Positions 41,723 to 57,000 of a stretch of 64,000 bases of DNA are shown piece by piece; position 1 is the first letter of the stretch, and the number at the start of each line of letters is the position of its first letter. Below the pieces are notes generated by a model. That model ran no database searches and was not told where the DNA came from. It saw nothing but the letters and a program-made list of their open reading frames with translations. Origin of the DNA: Callorhinchus milii (lineage: Eukaryota); assembly GCF_018977255.1 (NCBI RefSeq), contig NW_024704757.1, positions 15,748,001-15,812,000 of the forward strand, written 5' to 3'. The position numbers and the translations under genes were made by a program.

Positions 41723-42716
41723 ATGCAGTAACTCTCTACCACAGTTCCAGGGTTACATGATACAATTCACATCATGGCTCTCATCAGAGCTCAATTTGAC
41801 TTTATTAACAGGGTCTATTCAGATGAGATGTCTAACCCAGTTTCCATCTGACTCTCCTGGTAGTGTCACCCACAAAATACTCTATATTTTACTTTTATTA
41901 TTATTTACAGTATATTCTGTGAAGTGTTTTGAGATAACCTGATAAGATGCTATATCAAATGCAAGGAATATTGTTAGTTTCAGGCGGGGGGGGGTTCTTT
42001 GATAAATATTCCTCCCTCATATAAATCCATCAAAAAATATATTTTTATTTTAAAAAATTCTGCCTATGAACCTTCATATTGCAATTGATGTGTATAGAAG
42101 TTTTGTAATCAATTGAGGAATGTGTGAAAACATTTAAAATGAATGTTCACTGGTCCTTTTTGAATTTGTATTCTGTGATTTCTTTTGCGGTGGCTTGGAA
42201 TCAGAAAAAATGTTAAGGCAGATGGTGTTTTATAAAGTCAATGAGAAAAGTACATCATCTGCAAGATAGGGCCAGACAGAGCAGAGCGCCAAATGCCAGT
42301 GGGAAGGAAGTACACTTCATAGTTGCTGAACACATCACACAATGAAACAGGAAACGCACGTTTGTTAAAACAAATCTTAATTCTTTTGAGTCCAATAACA
42401 AAAGCAATTTTAACAATAAATAATATTTATGAATAGTTGATTGTAACTTAAGAGTTCAAAATAAGTGACATGTTCAGTGAACTAGCCGCCATCAACATGA
42501 CATTAGCAACACACTACTTTTGCTTTGAATGCCTTTATATTGTCAATTCTTCACCTGCTCCTGTTACCCAATCTCTTGTGGTTATTTTGGAAGCGGTTCC
42601 TACCTGTAACAGAATAAAAAAATTCACACTAAGTCAGTGAACGGAAACATACAAAGGTCGACAGACCTTAACAGTCCTAATTGCGCTCATGATTTTACCT
42701 TCACATTGCAAAGCGC

Positions 42717-42844
42717 GTTTGTCGGCATGTGGTTTCATTACCCACACAAAGTGGATCACGAGCTAAACATGTCATTTCATCTCGGCACACTTATCATGCA
42801 CAAGGCAACAGACCAGGCCAATGGCAATTTCCATAGTGTGCCTC
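42717..42844 (-). ncRNA. SNORA78: H/ACA snoRNA SNORA78 (ACA64)-like
   Basis: Minus strand: hairpin GGCACAC..GUGUGCC, H box AGAUGA, second hairpin with AGCUC/GAAACC pocket strands, then ACA 3 nt from the end; ~128 nt. It lies in an intron of a transcript divergent from RPS2, the syntenic position of human SNORA78 in SNHG9. Confidence 0.75.
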
Positions 42845-43807
42845 AGCGCCAACCAAAGTATAGAGATTGGGACACGACATGCGCCAGCGACTGCCTGGAT
42901 GGTGGAAGGCGAGTTGGATGGGTCTTGGTCTTCATTCGTCTGGCAACTCCCAAGTTCTTATAACTCTACATGCAGACAGTAATTCACGGCATCAGTATTA
43001 TCCCAATTAAAACCTGATTATAAAACAGACAGGGTTTATAATAGATTGTACTGTAATGGCTCATTGGTGCAAGGTATCCAATACAATCCACAACAACAAG
43101 ATTACATTGGTGTAGCGCCTTTCACGCCGGGAGGTCCTAAACCACGGGAGTTTTTAAAATCAATGCAGGATCTTTTTTTTTTGTAGTTTTCTTTTTAAAA
43201 AAAGAGCGTTCCTTCCTGATCAGGGTCCGTGTCACTGGTATCGATCCGGTCGGTTACTTTCCACAGCATCGATTATGTTTTTTTTAAAAGAAAAAACGTA
43301 TAAAAGCGGATCAATTTTTCATTTTTTGGGGGAAAAAAAAGCAACACGAGTTTAGTCATGTTCCCCAATAATAATAATAATGATAATAACAACAACACAG
43401 CTGAAAGGCACCTCGCACATTACCTGCTTAGTCAGAGACGCGCCGTGACAGAGGAGCTCTGCCCTTCGCTGCACTTCTTTGCAATCGAAATGCACATTTT
43501 ATAATCCAAACGCATTTCACACGAAACCGAACGAGTTTTGTGGCTGAGATGAGATCCGCAATCCGGGGCCGTCAAACCTTCCTTCCTCCCCCCCCCACAC
43601 ACCTACACACACACCCACACACACACCCACACACAGAGGCAATGCCCCAAATAATAATAATAAAAAACAAATAAAACACAAGATTTTCAAACCAAAAAAA
43701 AGCTCTTTTTTTTTAAAAAAGAGACTTTGAAGTGAGTTTTTTTTATAAAAAAAACAGAAACTGCCACAGAGCCGATCTCCGCGCCACCGCCACGTGCGCG
43801 TCCGGCG

Positions 43808-44030
43808 GGGGGTTGGGGGGGAGTGTAGCGCGAGGCCCCGGGGGTTGGGGGGGAGTGTAGCGCGAGGCCCCGGGGGTTGGGGGGGGAGTGTAACACGAGG
43901 CCCCGGGGGTTGGGGGGGGGGGGGAGTGTAGCGCGAGGCCCCGGGGGTTGGGGGGGGGGTTTGGGGGGGAGTGTAGCGCGAGGCCCGGGGGTTGGGGGGG
44001 GGGGGTTTGGGGGGGAGTGTAACGCGAGGC
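43808..44030. repeat. G-rich minisatellite (GGGGGAGTGTAGCGCGAGGCCCCGGGGGTT)n, ~6 copies
   Basis: Tandem units of ~35-50 bp with variable G runs, next to the RPS2/SNHG9-like promoter. Confidence 0.88.
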
Positions 44031-44260
44031 CGTGAGCAAAAAGAGGCGCCAACAACCTGTGGCGAGCGCGAGAGTGAGGGGACGATTTGCCGACCGCGCG
44101 CGCGGGCGGAGGTCCCGCCCCGGAACTGCATCACCGGCACAGGGCGGGCGCTTCCTCTCGCGAGATCCGGGAGGCTTTATAGGGCCCCGCGCGGGGGCCG
44201 CCGGCCTTCTTCTCGCTCAAAAAAAAATCACGTAAGTCGTCAATGGCGGCCATGAGGGGA
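44030..44260. promoter_or_regulatory. Bidirectional CpG-island promoter of RPS2 / SNHG9-like, with RPS2 non-coding exon 1
   Basis: Palindrome TCTCGCGAGA (CGCG/BANP element) at 44156-44165, TATA-like TTTATAG at ~44176, RPS2 5'TOP exon CTTCTTCTCGCTCAAAAAAAAATCAC|gtaagt at ~44206-44231, YY1-like ATGGCGGC just inside intron 1, GC boxes. Confidence 0.75.
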
Positions 44261-44514
44261 CCGAGGGTTTTAATGCAGCGGCAATCGGCCGTCCATCTTA
44301 GCCATCCGGCCCCGGGGCGGCCGGCCCTGGCCCTCGTCACGCGCTCTCGTGATCAGCCGTCCGTTTGATGGCGATATTTGCGCGCGGGGGGTTTTTACGG
44401 CGAAACATCGGGGCTCGGGCTGCCGCGCGGGGGTTAGGCCGCGGGTCTGACGTCACCCCCCCCTCCCCCCCCCGCCTCTCAGTGTTCTGTCGGGGTATCA
44501 TTCGAGGGTTTATT

Positions 44515-45015
44515 TGCCTCTGTGAGTGTGAGTGTCTCTTATAAGTGTGTGTGTGTGTGTGAGTCTCTGTGAGTGTGTGTGTGTGTCCCTGTGAGTGAGT
44601 GTGACCCAACTGTGCAGCGCCTTGGGACGTCCTCCTGACGTGAAAGGCGCTTTATAAATGGAATGTTGTTGTTGTGAGAGTCTCTGTGAGTGTGTGACCC
44701 TGTGAGTGTGTGTGTGTCTCTGTGTGAGTCTCTGTGAGTGTGTGTCCCTGTGAGTGAGTGTGGGTCTCTATGAGTGTATGTGAGAGTCTGAGTGTGTGTC
44801 CCTGTGAGTGTGTGTGTGTGTATGTGAGAGTCTCTGTGAGTGTGTGTGTGTCTCTATGAGTGCGTGTGTGTATGTGAGAATCTCTGTGAGTGTGTGTCCC
44901 TGTGAGTGTGTGTGTCTCTATGAGTGTGTGTGTATGTGAGAGTCTCTGTGAGTGTGTGACCCTGTGAGTGTGACTCTGAGTGTGTGTGTGAGAGAGTCTC
45001 CCTGAGTGTGTGTGG
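44515..45015. repeat. (GT)/(GA)-rich simple repeat in RPS2 intron 1 with an inserted L2 3' tail (44607-44673)
   Basis: TGTGAGTGTGTG-type units; inserted CAGCGCCTTGGGACGTCCTCCTGACGTGAAAGGCGCTTTATAAATGG(TTG)n. Confidence 0.85.
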
Positions 45016-45474
45016 AGGTTTCTTGTAATGAAGAGCGCAAGATCTGCACTTTATACAAATACAATTAATAATCCTTAACCTTTTGATAAATCGCCTTATA
45101 TATTTGCCCGTCGAGTCGCCTCCCAGCACTTCGCCATCAAGTGTAGTGACTATTATTTGTAGGCGATAAAGTATCGCTCACAAACCACACAGTCAATCTA
45201 CTTTGCAGCGTATCCTGTGAAACTCTTTGAGGCGTCTCAATGACGCGATGAGATGCTACATCAAATGCAAGGATTTTTATTAATGATGGGAAGAGGCTGG
45301 TACCTACCGAACGAGTAGCCTTTGTTTCACCAGTTGCCGTTTTGTCGGCTTGCTTCCTCCTCCACAGCGAAGTGCACAAGCTCCCTGTGGGTGGGGGTGT
45401 AGGATGGTGATGTGTGAGAGTTGTGGAAGCGATCGCTCCTCTAAGTGGATTGCCGCCTGTTCCTTTTTCAGCAA

Positions 45475-48474
<3,000 letters not shown>

Positions 48475-48961
48475 AACAGTTTTTTTGTATGAGAGAATAA
48501 AATCTGGACTCAAATAAACTGGAGTTGTCATTGTTTATTTGGGGCTTGTGCGAGATACTGCTCGTGTGTGAAAGGAGGACATGGTCACTGACTTGTTAAT
48601 GTTTGCTAAGTGAGCTGAATCGCATGCACTATAAAATCATCAAACTCAAATGTTTAATTCAGAAATAATTCTCTCCTTAATAGATGTAAATTTAGGATTA
48701 TTAGATGCTTGGAAGCGTGTGAGGCATCTTTTTGATGGATTTGAAGGGCTATGTTGAATGCAGTACAAGCGGCTATTGAAACTTGGGCAGTTCAAAAATA
48801 AAGCCAGAGTAAGGAACAAGATATCAAATCTTTAAGATATGTTTCAGCATAGCATGCTTCATTTATTAGAGGAAGTTTTAAATGTGATTAAACCTATGTA
48901 AGTCATACACAATGTCTTTTTTAAATATAGATTTTTAGAGCCGCTTCAACACAGCATTGTT

Positions 48962-51900
48962 CTATGCTTCAGCTGCTATCTTTTGCTGTTTTCTCTCTTC
49001 AATCATCCGTTGCTTCTGTTTCATCAGGCATCTTCTAGCACTGCCATAAGCACCCAGATCCCCGTCTATATAAAACAATTTAAGCAGATTTTAGACAAGT
49101 TTTCCATTTGTAATGCCAAAAGGTGTCCACGTGAAAGCCATGTTTCCCAGTCCTCAATCACAAAAATGTCTTAGCAGAATACATTTGGCCACAACAAGTT
49201 GGGACTTGGATGCATTTTAATGATTCATTAACTAATGTAGTTATTAATTAATGTAGGGCCAAAGGAATAAAACTTAATTTATTGAAGAGACTATGTGACA
49301 ATAATATTCTCCCGAAACAATCGGGTATCAATCACAGCAGTAGGTAGGTGAATACAATGCAGAACATTGTGACGTTAGATTAGGGGCAAACGATAGGTTT
49401 GGGTAAATAAAACGTTTTTTTTAATAAAATGATCAATGTCAATCTAACATAGATCATGGGAATAATAAATTGCATTTATATAGCACCTTTCATGTTAGGA
49501 GGCTGGAGTGTATAGCAGGGTACCAATAGTACTCAGTATTTACTTTTGCCCACAAAATATACAATCAATCTACAGTATATTACATGAAGTTCTATTGAGA
49601 CATCTGGAAGACGTGATAAGACACTGTACCAAATGCAAGGATTATTTATTATTTACAGGATGCAGGTCTGGACGGCTGGTTGCTCAAACCTATCTGACAG
49701 GACACTTACATCTTGATTGGTATCCTCTCGCGGCCTGCTTGAATTGCTCCAGCTCTTTATTACAGTTCTGGAGGTGGCTTTCACCCTCTCTTTGCTGACA
49801 GGCCCCCAACCGTTCCTGAAGTACCTTCACAATCTCTTGATCCACCTTGCTGGAGAAAAAATCAAGTTCATTTCAACAAATTTTAAAAAAAGACCCTGCT
49901 TGACACAGCCTTTAGATTAAAATAGTACAGATGGTTGTACAGACACTGAAAATGTCTAAATGCCAAACTCAACAACACTTGATTGAATCCCACAAGGGCT
50001 CAGCTTCCCGCTTACTGTGGCAACAACAGACAACTCAATGCACATCTACAATAATTTATGAAGCACCTTTCACCTTGAAAGAATATCTCAAAGCATTTAA
50101 GAATTTAAGAGAGAGGGCTAGAGATGTTGATCAACTACGGTGGAGAACTGGCTGAAGAATTAAACTACAGTACATCTGAATAAGTGGGGAAGGTTAACAA
50201 CTTACCATCCAATTGGGTGTTCTAACTTCCTGATCAGGCAGAGCATGTATGTACATTTCAGAAGTGCACAAGAACACAAGTCTTGTTAGTACTGTATTTA
50301 TGTCTTCTAGATTATTTGTTCCCTGTAAAATGTGTTGTGCTTTGAATTTGGTGTGTTTCGAAAAGTTTTCTTTAATGGCAGGAATGAAATAATTACTGTT
50401 AATGTTATTACGCCACAAAACCATTGATTATGGAAATACACATTTTTTCAAAACAAATAAGATACATACTGATCCCTTCTCCACTGCATCTCTGCCTCAA
50501 AGTAGCAGACATAATCACCAAAATGGCACTCAGTGAAATCTGGGACTCTTCTGTACTGTCTGTGGTAGTAATAATAGGGATTCTTCGAATGTTGATTCTC
50601 TATCCATACTACAAAGAAAAATAGAAAATGATTAGGAATTCTGGAAAACCTATTGTTTAGTTTGCGAACAAAATGCACAGTTACTACACCTTTTACTGTC
50701 AACCAATCCTGTGAAGCGCTTTGAGACCTTCCTGATCGTTAGCTAAGACAATGCACTGGAGAAACTCCATTCTCTTTTCAAATACAGTGGAATCCAGTTA
50801 ATTTCATACAGGATATTTGCAGACTTCATTTAATACATAGCAACCTTTAGATACTGAAAATTTGCTGTTTGTTTACAATGTGTTGTACTCCACTCAAATG
50901 CAAATGATAATTACACATTTCACTTAATTGCACAAGAGTTGCTTACATTCGCAGCTCTATAACTAGTTCAGATAACTGCACTGGTTGAGGAGTTGACCAC
51001 GTATACTATTGTTTATTGTAATATAGTTATGAACTAACGTCAGTAGAACTTTGGATCACTCTGTATAACTGCATGTCATTAGTCCGGTATCAGATCTGCA
51101 TCGTGCTTTACTAAAATATAATCTCGCTGCAATGCTGAGGGTTTCTTTTATATATTTATATAATAATAAAAATCCTTGTAGTTGATATACCTTATCACAT
51201 CGTTGAGACGTCTCAAGGTGCTTCACATTACATAATAATATACAGAAAAAACTGTAAAGTGGATTTATATGTACGGCATATTATAATATATATCAATTAT
51301 AATTTATATTTACAATGTTTATATTGATATATGTAGTAGTTACAATTATATGAAATCTATAATATAGATATAATCTGTAACATATTATAATTTATATTTA
51401 CAATGTGTATAGTGATATATACAGTAAAGTTGCAATTATATAAAATCTATAACAAATAGGTACTACATCTACAATACAAACATATAGATCTTATATAACT
51501 GTAACTTTACTAAACACATATACCAATACAAACACTGTAGAACTAAACGACCCTATATATCGGAGATGGTTTGTATACCCCCTATACGTTTGCATATCTG
51601 ATCTAAATCAAAGGGGATATATAAAAATAGGTAAAATCTCCCCCAAAAAAATGATATACGTTGTACATCCAAGTGCGCGCGCGTGTGTGTGTGTGTGTGT
51701 ATATATATATAAAAAACAATTAAAATGTAGAGTGAGGGGAGGCGAGGGCAGGGCCGGGCCGGTGTGGCGCTGACTGAGGACACGGTCTCCTCTGCTGTCC
51801 CCGGGCCCGGGCCTGGGCCTGGGCTGAGCTCCCGCCGCCCCGGGGGGTGTGGGGGTGGGGGAAGCCTCCCTCACCTCTCAGCGCAGTGACCGGCCTGTCC

Positions 51901-52022
51901 ACCGCAAAGCTGAACGCCTTGCCGACCAGGAGCAGCGGGTTGGGGAGGCTGGTCTGCTTCTCCACCGCCGGCGTCCGCTGCTCGGGTCGCGGGTAAACGT
52001 CCTTGTCCCACTCGTCGGGCAT
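48962..52022 (-). CDS. NDUFB10: NADH:ubiquinone oxidoreductase subunit B10 (PDSW), 4 exons
   Basis: Exons 52022-51875 ([22 protein letters not shown]), 50608-50470 ([29 protein letters not shown]), 49849-49710 (VDQEIV..ACQQREG..QNC), 49065-48962 ([24 protein letters not shown]). PolyA signal at 48862-48867. Convergent with RPS2. Confidence 0.97.
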
Positions 52023-52058
52023 CGCTCGCTCCTGGTTCGGCGCCGGCGCCGCCGCCGC

Positions 52059-52385
52059 CACACTCAAGATGGCGGCTTCAACAGGGCCACACTCAAGATG
52101 GCGGGCCCCCCCCACAGCAGGGCCACACTCAAGATGGCGGGCCCCCCCCACAGCAGGGCCACACTCAAGATGGCGGGCCCCCCCCAACAGGGCCACACTC
52201 GAGATGGCGGGCCCCCTCAATAGCGCCAGGCTCAAGATGGCGGGTACTCAATATGCCACACTCAAGATGGCGGCCCGCGAGGTGGGTGGGGCGGGGGGCC
52301 CGCACGCAACATAGTGGCCTCTTTGAGAGTGGGGCTGCCACACTCAAGATGGCGGCCAGCAGTTTGCCACACTCAAGATGGCGAC
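52059..52385 (+). promoter_or_regulatory. Tandem array of 9 YY1 consensus motifs in the NDUFB10 promoter/5'UTR
   Basis: Nine copies of CTC(A/G)AGATGGCG, mostly CAAGATGGCGG, near 52063, 52092, 52128, 52164, 52198, 52231, 52261, 52343 and 52372; partly a ~36-bp minisatellite. Confidence 0.7.
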
Positions 52386-52599
52386 GCTCACGCTAAAACC
52401 GCAGAGCTTTACAGCACAGAAGAAGCTCCTGAGGGGGAAGGGAATGAGGTCGCCATCCTTACTGCATGTCCTTGCTCAGCTGGGCGTGAGCCCCACACCG
52501 ACACCCATCACTGTGCTACTATGATTACCTGGGCCTGTTGCGGGTTTGGTTTGGTTTGGAAGCTCCTATAGAATATGTCCTGTATCTGTACTCCATTAG

Positions 52600-52736
52600 G
52601 TACAAGAGTAAGGAGAGGGCCTTCACTGAGTACTGTTAAGAAATGGCAGGACGAGGCGGGCAAAAAACATCCCGAGAAAGAGTTTGCAGCCATGAAGAAG
52701 TATTGCAAGGTCATTCGGGTCATTGTCCACACTCAG
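52600..52736 (+). pseudogene. RPL3L: Relic exon (exon 4 equivalent) of ribosomal protein L3-like, frameshifted
   Basis: AG/GT-flanked 137-nt exon reading [12 protein letters not shown]-[+1 nt, in-frame TAA][33 protein letters not shown]. [18 protein letters not shown] is the RPL3L-type sequence. Head-to-head with NDUFB10, as is human RPL3L. No other RPL3 exons were recognised. Confidence 0.85.
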
Positions 52737-54033
52737 GTGAGCGTTGTCTACATCGGCCATTGTCACTACTTCTCTCCCACATTTACGAGAACATACGGAA
52801 GCCTAGAATGAGAAAACCCAATAAAAAATGAGTCAGTCATTCCGTGGCTGTTTGCGGGACATCGCTGTCGTGTTTCGCCCACAAAATACAGTCAATCTAC
52901 TCTACAGTATATCCTGTGAAGCGCTTTGAGATGTGATGAGGCACTGAATTGAGATGAATACGAATGATCATCAATTGACGTTGAGTCTCAAACAGCGGTT
53001 GGTAACTTTTTGGTTTTATTTTTTAAAATATAAAATGACAATGTACACCCTTTCTCTGTCAGTCACCACTTTACACATATACCGAATGACGACCGCTCAC
53101 TCACTCGTACAAAGAAACATTTTCGTTTTTTTAAAAAAAAGATCCGTTATCGCCTGGTTAGGTTTCTGACATTTCTTCCATTTGACACTGTTTCAGGAAC
53201 GACACGTCATAAATAAGCAGCACAAATTCCCTGTACAAACACACACACGCACACACACACACACAAAGGGGGAGGGAAGATTGGTTCTGATTTCATGTAA
53301 AAAAGATGCAAAGTGTTTCTCCCCAAAACTTTAATAAATAGTCATTTAGATATTTATGGTGGAAAAATAGCTCCCCCCCCCCCTCCGGGACACTGAAATA
53401 GAATGAGGTGAAGGGCAACATCTAAGCCCAGACTTATCTGCGCTTCATATGCTGGAGGTGAATTGAGCACAAACTCACTGTTTGGCTGAAATGGAACTAT
53501 TGTTTTATCTGAAGTGGGATATTGAGAGCAAGGTGTGGCTAACATTGGCTAGAACATACTCACACATGGTTTGCCATGCACCACTGTGCAAGAATTTGTA
53601 ACCACACTTTCTCATTTCCTCATTACAGAACCTGCATGTTGCATTTACCAGCAGGATCGTAAGCATGTGGCTGGTGGGGTCTGTGAGATTGGGTTTGCCC
53701 ACAAAAATACACAGTCACTAGCCTTCACAGAAACTTTGTGAAGCACTTTGAGATATTCTTGATGTTACAACAACGACTTGCATTTTATATAGCGCCCCTC
53801 AGGCAGGGTAGCATCCCAGAGCGCTCACATCAGGTGCAAGGATTTGTTTTACATTTGAATCTTCCAGTTACAGCTTCTAATGAAACTGCAATGTTCGCTT
53901 CGGAGGCAGTGACCCACTTCGCTTTTCGAGCACAAACCAGGGTGTGAGTGAGCGACGAAATGTATCTTGGCAGACATCGACATCAAAGGACATTTTTCCC
54001 CCCAGATATTGTCATTGTCCCACGGATCAGTTG

Positions 54034-57000
54034 CTAGAATCTCTCCATAGAGTCAAAGGATGTTTCCCTTGTGGGTCCCATTGGAGACTGACTGGACTGA
54101 GCTGGATAGTCCAAGCCAGAGTGCATGATAGGGATATAGATGTCATCCATATTTGGCATCACAAACACTTTCTGTAATTGACAGAGACAATTGCTTTAGT
54201 GTTTCAAGAGGACAAGATGTAATTCGGGTGGGGGCGGAACGCTTTTTATCTTGTATAAAATAAAGGCAGATAGGTTTGTGCAGTGTCAGAATCTCGGGGT
54301 GTACTGTTGCGGGTTTTAATTATCTTTCGCCTGGGGTCTTTGAAAGTTACTGTCTTGTGTATTCTCTCAATCCCTGTATCACTTACCGTGGCAGTGTGTT
54401 CCTCTGCTCAGCCCCAACCCCAGTGCTAACTGAGAATGGGTCTCCCAGATCGTCAGGGCATCGGGCGGGTTTAACGTGAGTAGGAACAGAACAGAGTGAA
54501 TCATGGGAACCAAAGCCATACAGTGACTGATTCACATGGTAACCAATCGACATGGTGCGAGGATGACTGGTAACCAACTGTGTACGAGGAGCCGCGGAGC
54601 TCAGATGACTTCACTCCAGCCTCGGGAATCACTCCGTACCTGGAACTCATGCTGCAGCTTCTTCTCAATCCACTCGGTCACGTGTGTGAAGGTCACCTCC
54701 CGCTCGCCCAGCTTCGGCCGCACTTTAAACTCCAGCCGAGGGGGTGTGCGGAAACTGTACCTAATAACACACAAGCTGTCACTGGCTCTGGTGGGTCATA
54801 GAATCATAGAATATTACAGAAGGAGGTAATTCAGCCCATTGTGCTTGTGCTGAAGACTAAGGTGGATAGATATTTGTTAGGTCAATGTATTCATGGGATA
54901 CGGGGCAAGGACGGGTAATTGGACTTGAGGTACAGATCAGCTATGCCATGATCTATAGAATGGCGAAACAGGTTTGAGGGGCTGAATGGTCTTCTCCTGT
55001 TCCTATGTTACGTTTAATGTTAACTTCAACACTGCCAAGCAGAACATTCTCACCTAAATCAGGAGGAATCTATCACCTACAAGGTACCCAGTCACTCCAC
55101 TTTACAGTGAATCCCGCAGAGCGCTTTGAGACTTTGAGATGTCCTCTCGGTGTGAAGGGCATTATATCGAAGGCAAGGATCATGATCATGTTGTAGTTAG
55201 GACTCACCATATTCGGTCAGTGGGAGGGGGTGGGATATTGACAGCCAGCATCCCTGCCAGTTCCTGCACCTCCACCGTCAGGAGCAGGGGCGTGTTGGAC
55301 ACCTCTTCGATCTTCTTCTTGATAAACTCATTCTCTGTGGCCTTCTGAAAGTACTTGGATTTGGCAATCTTGTCCACGAATCGGAGAATCTTTCTGCTGG
55401 TGCTGCTGCCTCCAGCGTAGCTGTAAGGACACAGGTGTTTCATGTTTCAACAACAACAATACACAGTTTACACAGTGCCTGCATTTCACGTTGGCAGGAT
55501 ATCCCAAGGCGCTGGACTGTCAGGGATTTGGACCCGAGCTGGGGGTTGGGATTGGGGGGTTGGAGGGCAGGGATGGTAGGGGTAGGAGGGTTACCAAAGA
55601 CGTGGTCGAAGAGGAGGGTCTTGAGACATTCCTAAAATAATATAATAATAATAATAATCCTTGCATTTGATATAGCGCTTTTCACGTCGGGAGGACGTCC
55701 CAAAGCGCTTCACAGAACACACTGTAAAGTGAATTGACTGTATATTTGTGGGCGAACGCGGCAGCCAATTGCGCACAGCAATGTCCCACAAACAGTCGTA
55801 GATTAAAAATGACAAATTTATTATTGTTTTGTTTTGGAGGGATTATTATTAGGCGTATACATGGATGTAGAGAAAGACATAGAGGTAGATAGAATGTTAG
55901 AGATACTCAGAGAGTGAGAGAGAGAGAAAAAGAAAAATAGAGACAGAGAAAGATAGAAAATACAAAGAAGGAGGGACTGAAGCGGAGGGATGGAGTTCCA
56001 AATGGGATCAGAGAGGCTGAAGGCTGAGGGATTATGCATATGAAACAATGAGCATTAAACAAGAGGAAAGTATAATTAAACAGGAATCATTTTGACATAT
56101 TAGAACTAGATTTGCACAAGGGTGGGTTCAGGAATCTGTACTAAAGAGCTCTTTACCCTTCGGCTCCCAGTGGGAGGGCTTTGTCACCCACAGCTCCTAG
56201 CACTTCTGTCACTGGTGTCTCATCTTCCTCTGAAGAGCCAGCACTGGAGGACTCCTCATCGCTGTCCGCAAGCACTAATGTTCGAGGACTGGACCTGCGG
56301 AGTGTCAAAAGCTTTAGAATCCGAATAGTGACTTTTACTGCCTGTTCATCTGAGTGTCTCGGGAATGCTAAAGTCAATGCCAGCAGATTTTCTTATCACG
56401 GCAGTATTGGACTTAAAGTGACTTGAGCAAGCGCTCAGTTGCTTTCAGCTTAAAATGACCTGAATAAAATTAATGAGTGCTGCTTCAGAGAGAGAGAGAG
56501 GAAGCGTGCGTGTCAGAGATAGAGAGACTTTAATCCCCAGTAATTCATCCATTTGACTTGTTTTGCCACAAATAAAACTATATTGGGTCTTGCTGGTGAT
56601 AACCACAATAAACCTGGCCTTCGGATGAGACGTTAAACCGAGGTAGCCATCTGCCTGTTTGGGTGGATGCTACAGATAACTATTATTATCATAATAAGTT
56701 TGCGGCTGGGAGGTGGGGGGTGACCCATCTTGCTTTGCTGATTTGTTCCTTGGATATTGCTGCTGGGTCACTGTCTACTGTGGAAAATGCGAGAGCTACA
56801 TCTCCAGCTTAGGGGCAAAATGTCCATCAGTGAAGATAACTGGAAAGCACTCCATGGCCTGGTGTAAACTGCCCACGCTTAGAGAGAAGAGACGTGTATA
56901 GGAACCAGAGGCTGACAGACTGAGTGGTTCTGGGTCAAGGATTACACACAATCTGACGGCAGTCACAAAACTAACCAGTTGTAAGACAATGAACATTATC

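Larger units (their letters stand above)
42430..44045 (-). ncRNA. snoRNA host lncRNA (SNHG9-like), boundaries approximate
   Basis: Minus-strand TOP-like initiator CTCTTTTT at ~44045, splice donor after 43424, acceptors before ~42965 and 42603, only short ORFs, hosts the SNORA78-like snoRNA. Syntenic with human SNHG9. The 3' end is not defined. Confidence 0.55.

Noticed and set aside
51275-51460. AT-rich ~100-bp tandem duplication in NDUFB10 intron 1
   Set aside because: Low-complexity local duplication with no sign of function.
52059-52385. CRISPR-like repeat-spacer appearance
   Set aside because: Vertebrate DNA, the spacers resemble each other, and there are no cas genes; it is a minisatellite/YY1 cluster.
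52600-52736. Processed RPL3 retrocopy or a functional RPL3 exon
   Set aside because: Homology stops exactly at splice sites, the residues and position are RPL3L-type, and there is a frameshift with a stop.
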